DNA of 58,782 nt from Balneolaceae bacterium (GTDB lineage: Bacteria; Bacteroidota; Rhodothermia; Balneolales; Balneolaceae), in contig JBBDRV010000010.1 of NCBI GenBank assembly GCA_040905285.1, forward strand, positions 1 to 58,782. Reading direction: 5' to 3'. The notes beneath the pieces are model-generated. The model saw only the letters and a list, made by a program, of their open reading frames with translations, did not search any database and was not told the DNA's origin. Below are positions 18,212 through 28,281 of the stretch, one piece after another (positions within the stretch are counted from its first letter, which is position 1; each line of letters begins with the position of its first letter). The position numbers and the translations under genes are program-made.

Positions 18212-19309
18212 TTACTTCTTTGTATTCAAAAGGAGAATGATTCCGATCAGGAGGAAAAGCAGATGAGGCAGGCCGGCCGCGTAAACGGGATCGAGCGTTC
18301 CGGCCGCTCCAAAAGGCTCGGCCACTTTCATAAGGACGAGATAGACAAAGCTGATGACCAGTCCCGCCGTAATATAGAATCCTTTCCCGCCTTTTCTTCT
18401 CTCGGAAGCCAGGGCAAATCCGATGAGCGAAACGACCAGGATCGATACGGGATAGGCAATCCGGTTGTATAATTGCACCAGCGGCAGATTGATGTCTCCG
18501 GCTCCGACCCGCTGTATCGATTCAATGTAGTTTACTGCTTCGGGATAGGTCAGCTGATAGATATCCGACGTTCTTCTGGCAAGATCCCTTGGCAGCACGT
18601 TCACGTCAACAAGCTGTTCCCGGTTTGTGGAATCGACATATCCTTCTTCCGTGAATGTGCGTTCCTTGTAACGTTCTGCTTTCCAGGTCTGCAGGGAATC
18701 TACCCAGCCCAGCCTGTTGGCCGTGACAATCCGCCGTATTTCCCGGTCTGCACTGAATTCGACCAGCGTAAAGCTGTATCCCACGTTGGAATTGGAATCA
18801 AAGTGATTGACGCTGAATATGGTATTGGGTGATTCCTGCCGGTAAAGTCCGCCGTTGTCTATTTTGTCATTGCCGGTTCCCAGGTATTCCTGTTCGAACA
18901 GGATCCGCTCGGCATTGGATGTGGGTATCACATAGGCATCGAGATAACTGATGATCGCTGCCAGGCTTAGTCCGAACAGCATGTAGGGAGCCGCCAGCCG
19001 GTAGAGACTGATTCCCGACGCTTTGATTGCCGTGATTTCAAGCCGTTCCGTCATCTGGCCGGTAAGAAAGAGACAGGCGACAAAAATAGCTACTGGGCTT
19101 ACCAGCCGGACCATTTCCGGTATGTAATTGATATAGTACTCATTCCATATTTGAGCGATGGTCGCTCCCTGGTCCGAAAAATCATCACTGTTTTCAGAAA
19201 AGTCGATCAGGATAAAAACGCAGATCAGCACGACCAGGACAAAAAGGGTGATGGTCAGAAGCCGGAAGAAAATGTATCTGTCCAGTTTTCTCATTTCCCG
19301 CCCGGCCAT
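18212..19309 (-). CDS. lptG: LPS export ABC permease LptG (LptF/LptG family)
   Basis: 365 aa. N-terminus KLDRYIFFRLLTITLFVL, six-TM YjgP/YjgQ architecture with a periplasmic insert; overlaps lptF by 19 nt. Confidence 0.8.
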   Translation of the reverse strand: MAGREMRKLDRYIFFRLLTITLFVLVVLICVFILIDFSENSDDFSDQGATIAQIWNEYYINYIPEMVRLVSPVAIFVACLFLTGQMTERLEITAIKASGISLYRLAAPYMLFGLSLAAIISYLDAYVIPTSNAERILFEQEYLGTGNDKIDNGGLYRQESPNTIFSVNHFDSNSNVGYSFTLVEFSADREIRRIVTANRLGWVDSLQTWKAERYKERTFTEEGYVDSTNREQLVDVNVLPRDLARRTSDIYQLTYPEAVNYIESIQRVGAGDINLPLVQLYNRIAYPVSILVVSLIGFALASERRKGGKGFYITAGLVISFVYLVLMKVAEPFGAAGTLDPVYAAGLPHLLFLLIGIILLLNTKK

Positions 19310-20694
19310 AGTTTAAAGGACGTACTGACTTTCAGCGTGAGGAGAATACCTGCTATTCCCAACAGGAGGTTAATGCCCCACATGCCCATAAACGGAGTGA
19401 TGTATATTCTGTCCGCCCACTTTTCCCCCTGGATGATCGCTATAAAATAAAATGTCAGAAGGACTGCCGCCGTGATGGCCGCAAAACCAATGTTGCCCCT
19501 TTTGGTCATCATGCCGATGGGTGCGCCCACGAGGACGAAAATTATGCAGGCAAAAGGGATCGAGAATTTTTTATATACCTCGACCATGTATTCTGCAATC
19601 CGCAAGTCCCGCCATTCGAGGTTGGTCTCCAGGTTGTCCAGATCAGACCTGTAATTACTCAGGGTGGAAAGGCTTTCCGTGATAATCCTTGACTGATGAT
19701 TCCAGTCGGTCATCTTGTCCATCTCGTTGAGGATTTTAAACCCGGAATGGTACCTGTTCACGGAGTCAGCCGGAGGGAGGGCGACCCGGCGAAATGACGA
19801 CGAGTGGTCCCTGTCCCTGACAAGTGCTGTTTTTTCCAGGTGATTCTGAAATTCATTTTCTTTCGCAGTACGGAGTGTGTCGATGACCGACAACATGGCC
19901 TGTGCACTCATTGTCCGGTCATTGCGGTTTCTCTGTTCCGGATTGGAACGGGAGAAAGCCAGGTCGGAAAGGTCAAAACTGATCCTGTGCCGGCTGAACT
20001 GTGACCGTTCCACGGTTTCTTCACCGACCCGGCTGCCGGGGATGTACCGGACGATCATGCCATCCCTCAGATGGAGTGACAGGGTGAGCTGATCGGGGCT
20101 GTCGAGCCACCCCGTGTCCGCTTTTATATAGGATCTGTGGCGGTCCCGGCCGGGTTCCTGAAACAGGGTGATATCACGGAGGGTGTCTGAATCAGCCGAC
20201 ATTTCCCGGACAAGAAACGTATATCCTTCGATTCCGTCATAAAAAACACCCGGCTGAAGATCAAATCCCGGTTTCTGCATACGTATATCGATAAACAAGG
20301 ACCGGGCCTTGTGATTTGATTCCGGAAGGATATTGTTTGAAAAATAGGAAAGTCCGATAAACAGGACGACCGCCACAGCCAGGACGGGCTTCATCAGGCT
20401 GAAAGGGTTTACGCCTGCGGCTTTCAGGGCTGTCAGCTCATTCCATTCGGAAAACCTGCCGAAGGCCATCAGTGTGGAAACAAGCACGGCCATGGGGACG
20501 GCAAGCACCACCATATAGGCAAGGTTGTTCAGGATCAGTTCGATGACGATAAAAAAGGGCAGTCCTTTCCCAACCAGCTTGTCCACGTGAAGAATCAGGA
20601 ACTGCATCAGAAGAATAAACATCACGGTAAAGAAGCAGAACAGAAATGGACCTACATGTTTCTTCAGAAGGTCCAGCTGTACATTGTTTATCAT
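19291..20694 (-). CDS. lptF: LPS export ABC permease LptF (LptF/LptG family)
   Basis: YjgP/YjgQ-like architecture. Start placed at ATG 20694 (MINNVQLDLLKKHVGPFLF, the family-typical N-terminus). The track ORF extends to 20757. Confidence 0.78.
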   Translation of the reverse strand: MINNVQLDLLKKHVGPFLFCFFTVMFILLMQFLILHVDKLVGKGLPFFIVIELILNNLAYMVVLAVPMAVLVSTLMAFGRFSEWNELTALKAAGVNPFSLMKPVLAVAVVLFIGLSYFSNNILPESNHKARSLFIDIRMQKPGFDLQPGVFYDGIEGYTFLVREMSADSDTLRDITLFQEPGRDRHRSYIKADTGWLDSPDQLTLSLHLRDGMIVRYIPGSRVGEETVERSQFSRHRISFDLSDLAFSRSNPEQRNRNDRTMSAQAMLSVIDTLRTAKENEFQNHLEKTALVRDRDHSSSFRRVALPPADSVNRYHSGFKILNEMDKMTDWNHQSRIITESLSTLSNYRSDLDNLETNLEWRDLRIAEYMVEVYKKFSIPFACIIFVLVGAPIGMMTKRGNIGFAAITAAVLLTFYFIAIIQGEKWADRIYITPFMGMWGINLLLGIAGILLTLKVSTSFKLWPGGK

Positions 20695-20877
20695 AAATAT
20701 TGTTGGTAGTTGAAAATGCTTTTTGCTGCCGGCCCGGGGAAAGTTACCTTTCATCAACCTTTCAACAAAGGTAAGAATATTTTATTATCTGCATCGGACA
20801 TTACCCGTTAGATAAATACTGCTTTAAATTTCAGAGCCTATCGAACACTGCTACGGCGCAAGACCGAAAAGTCGTGT

Positions 20878-20907
20878 ATTGACCATCAGCTAATTGACCA
20901 TCAGCTA
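20878..20907. repeat. Exact 15-bp tandem duplication (attgaccatcagcta x2) in the divergent lptF/sprA intergenic region
   Basis: Direct reading. Confidence 0.95.
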
Positions 20908-20985
20908 ACAGTGCGGACAGTATGGTTCACGTGGTGGCGCCAATCCGTGTGTGTATAAACCTGTCCGGACGATGAAAGTAAATCT

Positions 20986-23900
20986 GTGTATTTCAAAAGA
21001 CGTCGTATTATAGAATCGGTTGCGGGAATGCTTTTCTGCCTTCTGTGCTCTGCTTCGGGTGCCCTGTCGGCACATGAGCTTCCGGACGGGACTCCGGACC
21101 TGAATCTGACGGCGCAGGAGCTCGGGGAAAGAGCTCCGGACCTGAACAGGTCTCCGGAAAAAGCAGCGGCTGACACGACAGACAACGTGTATGGCCCTGC
21201 CTTTGGTTTGCCCCAAGCAGCACGTTTTGTGTCCCGCCCCTATTTGAAGCCTTACCCCCGGCTGTATCATATCGGGGTGCCGGGAGAGGCGGTTACGATA
21301 GAGCGCCTTCCCGGCGGAAGGTATCTGGCTGTTCAGACGATCGGAGAGATACCGGTGCGGCTGCCGGGGGTGTACCCGTTCAGTGAATATGCCGACCTGA
21401 CCCGCCGGGAGGATATGAGATCGATCCGAAGAGAGCTGATCGGGGAGTCTGCGATGGCGGAAGGTGAGAACCGCGGACTGCTCGATTTCCGGTTTACAGT
21501 ACCCGGCGGGAGGGAATCTGCCTTTACTACCATTTTCGGCCGGCCTGAAGTGAATCTGCGTGTCAACGGGATGGCCAATATGAATGCGGGTGCCACCATC
21601 CAGAAGACGTCGGACCCATCCCTTCCCCCCGACCAGCAGACACGGGTTGATCCGACATTCGGCCAGAACCTGCAGCTTAATATACAGGGTACCATCGGGG
21701 ATAAGCTGACGGTACAGACCGACTGGGACACCGAACGGACGTTTGACTATCAGAACCTGCTGAGTATCGCCTACGAAGGATATGAAGATGAAATCATCCA
21801 GCGTGTTGAAATGGGAAATGTCTCCATGCAGACAGGCAACTCCCTGATCCGCGGTTCGGGATCACTGTTCGGGATTAAGTCGGTTGCCCGGCTGGGTTCG
21901 CTCAGGCTGACGTCGGTATTGTCCCAGCAGAAGGGGGAGAGCAATACAGAAACGATCACCGGCGGCGCCCAGGAGCGGAGGGTAAGTCTCCGGCCTGCTG
22001 ACTATGAAAACAACCGGCATTTTTTTCTGGATTACTATACGCGTCAGGAATTTGAACAGAGCATGTCCAACCCCCAGCAGTTGCTCCAGACCCTGCAGAT
22101 TTCTGAAGTGAACATCTGGGTGCTGAGGGAACAGGTTCAGACGGAGGAAGGGTCGAGGCCGGCTGTCGCACTCACTGATTACGGGGTTGTGGAAAACCCG
22201 GATGGCACCTATTCGCCACCCGACAATGAGGCTGACCGGTTTGACCGGAATGTCATCGATTCCCTGCGGGATCCTTCCGTGGGCATTTCAGCCATTGACC
22301 TGGGCCTGGACGATCCGGCAGATTTTGAAGAAGGCTATTTCGAACTGCTGACGGAAGGGGCTGACTATACGGTTAATACAGTGACGGGGTATATTTCGTT
22401 AAACCGGTCATTGAGTTCCAGGGAAGTTCTGGCTGTTTCATTTACCTATCTGGGGGTTGACGGCCGTACTGTCTCCGTAGGGGATGTCAACCCCGGCGGG
22501 GGAGACCGTATTTTCCTGAAAATGCTCCGGCCGGGCACCGTATCCACGGATCATGCGGCGTTTCCCCTGACCATGCGCAATGTCTACTCTCTGGGGGCGG
22601 CGGACCTGACGAGGGACAACATCGATCTGGAGCTGCAGTTTACGGAAGGCAACGTGGAACAGAACCGGCTGCCGGGCCGGTTTACCACCCTTCTTCAGGA
22701 TCTGGGCCTGGACCGTGTCGACAGCCAGGGGGCGCCCGGTCCGGACAACCAGGTGGATTTCGGTACCGGAACCCTTGATGCCCGGAACGGCCGTCTCATT
22801 TTTCCCTATCTGGAGCCGTTCGGTTCCAGGCTGGAGGATCTTCTGCTGGAAGCGGGCACACCGGCAGAGGAGGTGGACCGCCTTGTTTTTGACCAGCTGT
22901 ATGAAGAGCGAAGGCAAAATGCCTCGCGTCTGTCGGAAAATAATTTTTACCGGTTTGACGGACTGGTGAAAGGTGGTGTACAGGAGAATTTTACTCTGGA
23001 TGTGGCTCTGGTTGAAGGATCCGTGCGGGTCTATGCCAACGGCAGCGAACTTCAGGAGGGAATTGACTATCAGGTTGACTACAGTTTCGGAAGCATCAGC
23101 ATACTCAACGACCGGTATACAGCTCCCGGTCAGGAGATCAGGATAGAGTACGAAAACCAGGCCCTCACCACGATTGAACAGAAAACCTTTACCGGGCTTC
23201 GGGCGGAATACGAGCTGGGCAATGATATCCGGCTGGGGGGAACGTATTTCCGGTACAACGAACGGCCGCTGGACGACAAGATCCGCATAGGTGACGAACC
23301 GATCAGCAACATGGTCTTCGGATTAGATGCCAATGCCCGTTTCAACACACCGTTTATTACGGAGGCTCTGGATGCGGTGCCTTTTCTGTCCACCCGTGAA
23401 CCCTCGGAGGTGTCTTTCAGCGGAGAATTTGCCCAGCTTCGTCCGGGGATTTCGGAGACCAGCGCGGTAGACCGGGCGATCAGAAACAATGAACTGCATG
23501 CCGATGAGCAGGAGGGTCTTTCATTTCTGGATGATTTTGAAGGCTCAAGTATCAAAATTAATCTGATGAATCCTGCCCGGTGGTTTCTGCCTTCTGCCCC
23601 GGCTGCCGTACCCGGATACAGTGCGGATGAAATCTACTTTGAAGAGGATGTCACGGCCCCTTCCGGTTCCCCCCGGGACGTTCAGGCAGACCGGTCGGAC
23701 CTGCGGTCAGGGTTTTCCTGGTATTCCATACCCCGGAATATCAGCAACATCCTCGAGGGGGTCGAGTATACGCCGGAATCACAGCCTGTAAGAGTGACGG
23801 ATGTATTTCCGGGCCGGGAAACCAGGAATCCGCAGGACGAGATAGTGACAACCCTCGATGTGCATTATGATCCCACCAGCCGGGGTCCCTACAACTACAA

Positions 23901-26900
23901 CATGGACCTCCGGAGACTTCTGGAGAATGAGCCCGAACGAACCTGGGGCGGCATGACGGCTGTACTGCCTTCCGGGCAGGAAGATTTCAGTCAGAATAAT
24001 GTTGAATTTATTGAATTCTGGGTCCAGCCCATTCTGCCCGGCGGACGGGATCCCATGGCCGGCGATATGGAGAATTACGATGGCAGGATCTATATCGATG
24101 TCGGTGTTATTTCCGAAGATGTGGTACCGAATGCCAAACTGAATACCGAAGACGGTCTGGCCCTCAACCCCGCTTCACTGGCACCGGACAGCCCGGGGGA
24201 CCCGCGGTCATACCTGCCGTCCAATCCCGCGCCGCCCGAAGGACAGTTTTCGACAGAGAACAGGGATCTGGAAGATGTCGGTCTTGACGGATTGCCCTCA
24301 TCCGGCGGGTATAACGGATTGAATGAACGATCTGTCTTTTCAGGCTTTATTGACGCCATGGAAGCAGATTATGGCCGGAACAGTCCTGAGTTCCAGTCCG
24401 TCTTCAGCGATCCTTCCAATGACAGTTATGCCTTTTACGGAGAGTCATCGGTAGAGGATCTGCCGCTTCACGAACGATTTTACAGGATGATGAGCCATTA
24501 CGAGGGCAATACCCCCGTGGATCAGGGCGACCGGAGGGCCGTCACCAACCGGCCGAATACCGAAGGGCTGGTGAATCCGTCGCGGGTGGAGTTGAACAAT
24601 GCCTATTTTCAGTATGAGCTTGAATTTAATCCTGCAGATTTTGCAGCCCTTGCGGCGGGTGAAGAGGGTACATTTATCGTGGACCGGGTATCGGGGACAA
24701 GACAGGAAGACAGATGGTATCAGGTACGGATACCGATGGATGAATTTGCACGGCAGGCAGGGGAAATAGAGGATTTTCAGAATATAAGCTATGTACGTAT
24801 CTGGATGTCGGGCTATTCACAGCCATTCACCCTGCGTTTTGCCACTCTGGATTTTGTCGGCAGCCAGTGGCAGCATGCGGAGAGCGTCAATGAAGCGAGC
24901 GATCCCTCCGCCGACATGAAGGTGTCGACCGTGAACATCGAGGAAAATTCCAGCCGCCGTCCGGTTCCCTACCGTCAGCCGGTCGGGGCTATCCGCGCCC
25001 GGGAAAGGGGTACGCAAATGCAGTCCCTGCAGAATGAACAGGCGATTGTCCTGGATGTTGAAAACCTGGGGCCGGGGGGGGTGCAGCTGGTCAGGCGGAA
25101 TTTCCCCGGCGGCCTGAACCTGTTGAATTACTCGAACATGAGAATGTTTGTTCACGGGGAGGGCTATGATTCCCGCGATGAGGCTGAGCTGGTCATGCGC
25201 TTTGGCAATGATCTTGACAACAGCTATTACGAGTACCGTCAGCCGGTCAGTCCCACTGATGTGGGTTTTCCGTTCCAGGATTATGATCCGGGGCAGGGGG
25301 CGAGACTTGAGGAAGAGGCTGATCAGGTCTGGCTCTACGATGAAAACAGCATGAATATTATTCTCAGGGCGTTCAATCAGCTGAAACAGCTGCGGGACCA
25401 GGAAGCTCCCGAAGATGTCAGCCGGCTCTTTGAAAGGAACAATCTGCTGGACGAGGCCGCGCCCGGTGCTGTGATCGCCATTCGTGGAAATCCTTCTCTC
25501 GACCGGGTGAATGAAATCGGAATGGGAATCAGAAATCCCTATGATCCGGACGATCCGTCCGGACCGGGCTCACCGGTGTTGAATGCGCAGTTCTGGCTGA
25601 ATGAACTGAGGGTGTCGGGATTTGACAATGAGCCGGGATGGGCGGCCAATGCAAAGTCGTCCTTCAAGCTGGCTGACGTTGCCACACTGTCGACCAGCCT
25701 GACCCGTCAGACGGCCGGTTTCGGGGCGCTGAACTCGCGGCTGGGGGAGCGCAGGGTGTCCGATCAGCTGGCCTATGATGTAAGTTCTACCGTTTACATG
25801 CATCGGTTTTTGCCCGAAAGGTACGGGTGGAGCATTCCGGTGAACCTTACCACCCGAAGGTCCGAACTGACCCCGAGATTTCTTCCGAATGAAGGGGATA
25901 TCCGGTTGTCCGACTTCAGGGAATCGGTCCGTTCGAGGGAAGACCTCACCGTCTCTCAGCAGGAGTTGCTTATCGAGCGGCGAATCCGGGAAGTCCAGTC
26001 TGTAACAGAGTCTTATGCGGTTAACCTGTCCAACATTTCAAAAAATGATTCCCGGAGCCGGCTGACCCGGTTTACCCTCGATAACACCACCTTCAATTAT
26101 GTATACAATACGTCAAATACAAGGAATCCCCAGTACCGTTTCCAGGATAACCGTAATTTCAATACCTCAATAAGGTACAACATTGATTTCCCCGCTGTCC
26201 GCTATATGCGGCCGCTGGGCTTTATGGAGAATCTTCCGCTGGTACATGTCTTTTCCGGGCTCGGCATCGGAATGATTCCCAACAACTTCACTTCGTCATT
26301 CCGTATGAACCGGATGTACGAGGAGCGCAGGCGAAGGATCTTTGACCAGGCGCAGCCGGACCAGCCTCTTCAGCAGACACATAATTTCAACTATAATACG
26401 ACAGTCGGTTTCGGGTATAATCTGACCCGTTCGGTTACGACAAATTTTCAGGCACAGGGAGGATTTGACCTCAGCAGGGCCGGCCAGAGGGATGCGGGGC
26501 TGACGGGAAGCGACAGTACGGCCTTTGACATCATTCCTTCATTCACGGTGCTGGAACGCCTGATTACAGATCCGGAGGTTCAGCCCAGGCGTTCGACGTA
26601 TCAGGAGGATTATACGGCAAGCTGGCAGCCCAGGTTCGACCAGCTGCGGCCGGTGAGCTGGGTGAATTACACGTTGCGCTACGGGGGCGGCTACAGATGG
26701 GAGAATACGCCGTTCGATTCAAATCTCGGTGCCAGGGTGTCGAATACACTGAGGCTGGACCATAATCTCCGGTTAGAGGTCGGAAACCTTCTGGACAGGT
26801 GGGAATTTTTCAGCCGGTTGAAAGACGCCGGCCGGCCTGCGGGGCCGGCAGGATCTTTGCAGCAGGCTGATGGTCAGCAGGAAGCAGACGGCGCGTCTGC

Positions 26901-28281
26901 GGAAGGTTTTCTGTTGCCTGCCGGACGTGGTCTGTTGGCGGGAATTCTGAGTTTCCAAAGTATCGAAATTTCGTATAATGATGCAAAGAGCGGCTCACAG
27001 GCCGGCTACTCAGGCGGTTCCCAGCTGACTGACCTGTTCGGCGGCTCCGGACGCTTTTCACCACCGTTCCTGTACCGCCTCGGTTATGCCGAACGGATTA
27101 ATGAAAGCCGGCTGATTGACAACCCTGACGGGCTGTCACCGATCCAGCTGCCGGCCAACAACAGCTTTTCGGATAATGTCAATCTGCAGACCCGGATGCT
27201 TCCCTTCAATAATTTCAGCATAGACCTTACCTGGACCGTCCAGTGGGATGAACGGGTCAGCCGGTCGCTCTCGATTGATCCGGATGACCGGCTTTCGTCA
27301 GTCCGCAATGCATCGGGCAATGCCGGTTCCAGCGTCTGGTCATTCGGATCCGGTTACAGGGATCTTTTTGAGCGACAGCTTGAAACAGCTTTTGACGGAA
27401 TAAGCGCTTCGTCCGACAGCATAAGCAGTGTAGACGGGCGTACCGTGTTAAACAGGGAAACCCTTCAGGAAGATTTCAGAAAGGCCTATCTGGCCGGCGG
27501 GGGCAGCACTGTGGGCGAAAGAAATTTTACACCTTTTCCACTGCCTTCGTGGCGTATCAACTGGATGGGAATAGAAGAGTTTCTGCCGTTTGTCGGACAG
27601 TTCATGGAGCGGGCGTCCCTGACCCATGCCTACTCCGGCATGTACCGGCTGGGCTGGACGTACAACAGCAATCCGGGGCCTGTGCCGTTCCGCCGGATAG
27701 GGGCCTATGCCGTGGATGATGAACGTCCCGAGTTTGAGCCGGCATCGGTCAATATCGAAAAACGGTTTGCACCGCTGCTTCAGCTGAATGTGACCTGGGA
27801 CCGAAATCTGCGGACACAAGTCGGCTACGAATACAGCAAACTGACCAGTATGTCCCTTTCCAGTATCAATGTGACCGAGAGAACCTCCCGGGGCGTCACG
27901 ATGTCCATGACCTATACCTTCCGGAATTTTAAAATCCCGTTTTTCAGGGAATTATCAAACAATCTGGATGTCACTCTCAGCGGCAATCTGATTGATGATA
28001 CGGAACAGAGATTCATGCTGGATTCGGATATAGACCGTGCCCTTTCAGAAGGGCATGAAACGATCGTCAAAAATCCGGGAATGTATGACATCAGCCCGAG
28101 GGCGCCTTCGGGGCAGACGCGCATGCATGTTTCTTCTATTTTCGGTTACCGGTTTTCCAGCACACTCCAGGCAAATATTGAGTATGCATTCAGCCGTACG
28201 CTGCCGAAATCCTCAAGAACGTTTGAACGGACGACACATGATATCCGCTTCAGCATGAGGATCAATTTCCGGTCCGGTTGA
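20986..28281 (+). CDS. sprA: T9SS translocon / gliding-motility protein SprA
   Basis: 2431 aa, the size typical of SprA. N-terminal conserved block GNVSMQTGNSLIRGSGSLFGIKSVARLGSLRLTSVLSQQKGE. Signal peptide MLFCLLCSASGALSA. GTG start at 20986, or ATG at 21028. Confidence 0.9.
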   Translation: MYFKRRRIIESVAGMLFCLLCSASGALSAHELPDGTPDLNLTAQELGERAPDLNRSPEKAAADTTDNVYGPAFGLPQAARFVSRPYLKPYPRLYHIGVPGEAVTIERLPGGRYLAVQTIGEIPVRLPGVYPFSEYADLTRREDMRSIRRELIGESAMAEGENRGLLDFRFTVPGGRESAFTTIFGRPEVNLRVNGMANMNAGATIQKTSDPSLPPDQQTRVDPTFGQNLQLNIQGTIGDKLTVQTDWDTERTFDYQNLLSIAYEGYEDEIIQRVEMGNVSMQTGNSLIRGSGSLFGIKSVARLGSLRLTSVLSQQKGESNTETITGGAQERRVSLRPADYENNRHFFLDYYTRQEFEQSMSNPQQLLQTLQISEVNIWVLREQVQTEEGSRPAVALTDYGVVENPDGTYSPPDNEADRFDRNVIDSLRDPSVGISAIDLGLDDPADFEEGYFELLTEGADYTVNTVTGYISLNRSLSSREVLAVSFTYLGVDGRTVSVGDVNPGGGDRIFLKMLRPGTVSTDHAAFPLTMRNVYSLGAADLTRDNIDLELQFTEGNVEQNRLPGRFTTLLQDLGLDRVDSQGAPGPDNQVDFGTGTLDARNGRLIFPYLEPFGSRLEDLLLEAGTPAEEVDRLVFDQLYEERRQNASRLSENNFYRFDGLVKGGVQENFTLDVALVEGSVRVYANGSELQEGIDYQVDYSFGSISILNDRYTAPGQEIRIEYENQALTTIEQKTFTGLRAEYELGNDIRLGGTYFRYNERPLDDKIRIGDEPISNMVFGLDANARFNTPFITEALDAVPFLSTREPSEVSFSGEFAQLRPGISETSAVDRAIRNNELHADEQEGLSFLDDFEGSSIKINLMNPARWFLPSAPAAVPGYSADEIYFEEDVTAPSGSPRDVQADRSDLRSGFSWYSIPRNISNILEGVEYTPESQPVRVTDVFPGRETRNPQDEIVTTLDVHYDPTSRGPYNYNMDLRRLLENEPERTWGGMTAVLPSGQEDFSQNNVEFIEFWVQPILPGGRDPMAGDMENYDGRIYIDVGVISEDVVPNAKLNTEDGLALNPASLAPDSPGDPRSYLPSNPAPPEGQFSTENRDLEDVGLDGLPSSGGYNGLNERSVFSGFIDAMEADYGRNSPEFQSVFSDPSNDSYAFYGESSVEDLPLHERFYRMMSHYEGNTPVDQGDRRAVTNRPNTEGLVNPSRVELNNAYFQYELEFNPADFAALAAGEEGTFIVDRVSGTRQEDRWYQVRIPMDEFARQAGEIEDFQNISYVRIWMSGYSQPFTLRFATLDFVGSQWQHAESVNEASDPSADMKVSTVNIEENSSRRPVPYRQPVGAIRARERGTQMQSLQNEQAIVLDVENLGPGGVQLVRRNFPGGLNLLNYSNMRMFVHGEGYDSRDEAELVMRFGNDLDNSYYEYRQPVSPTDVGFPFQDYDPGQGARLEEEADQVWLYDENSMNIILRAFNQLKQLRDQEAPEDVSRLFERNNLLDEAAPGAVIAIRGNPSLDRVNEIGMGIRNPYDPDDPSGPGSPVLNAQFWLNELRVSGFDNEPGWAANAKSSFKLADVATLSTSLTRQTAGFGALNSRLGERRVSDQLAYDVSSTVYMHRFLPERYGWSIPVNLTTRRSELTPRFLPNEGDIRLSDFRESVRSREDLTVSQQELLIERRIREVQSVTESYAVNLSNISKNDSRSRLTRFTLDNTTFNYVYNTSNTRNPQYRFQDNRNFNTSIRYNIDFPAVRYMRPLGFMENLPLVHVFSGLGIGMIPNNFTSSFRMNRMYEERRRRIFDQAQPDQPLQQTHNFNYNTTVGFGYNLTRSVTTNFQAQGGFDLSRAGQRDAGLTGSDSTAFDIIPSFTVLERLITDPEVQPRRSTYQEDYTASWQPRFDQLRPVSWVNYTLRYGGGYRWENTPFDSNLGARVSNTLRLDHNLRLEVGNLLDRWEFFSRLKDAGRPAGPAGSLQQADGQQEADGASAEGFLLPAGRGLLAGILSFQSIEISYNDAKSGSQAGYSGGSQLTDLFGGSGRFSPPFLYRLGYAERINESRLIDNPDGLSPIQLPANNSFSDNVNLQTRMLPFNNFSIDLTWTVQWDERVSRSLSIDPDDRLSSVRNASGNAGSSVWSFGSGYRDLFERQLETAFDGISASSDSISSVDGRTVLNRETLQEDFRKAYLAGGGSTVGERNFTPFPLPSWRINWMGIEEFLPFVGQFMERASLTHAYSGMYRLGWTYNSNPGPVPFRRIGAYAVDDERPEFEPASVNIEKRFAPLLQLNVTWDRNLRTQVGYEYSKLTSMSLSSINVTERTSRGVTMSMTYTFRNFKIPFFRELSNNLDVTLSGNLIDDTEQRFMLDSDIDRALSEGHETIVKNPGMYDISPRAPSGQTRMHVSSIFGYRFSSTLQANIEYAFSRTLPKSSRTFERTTHDIRFSMRINFRSG

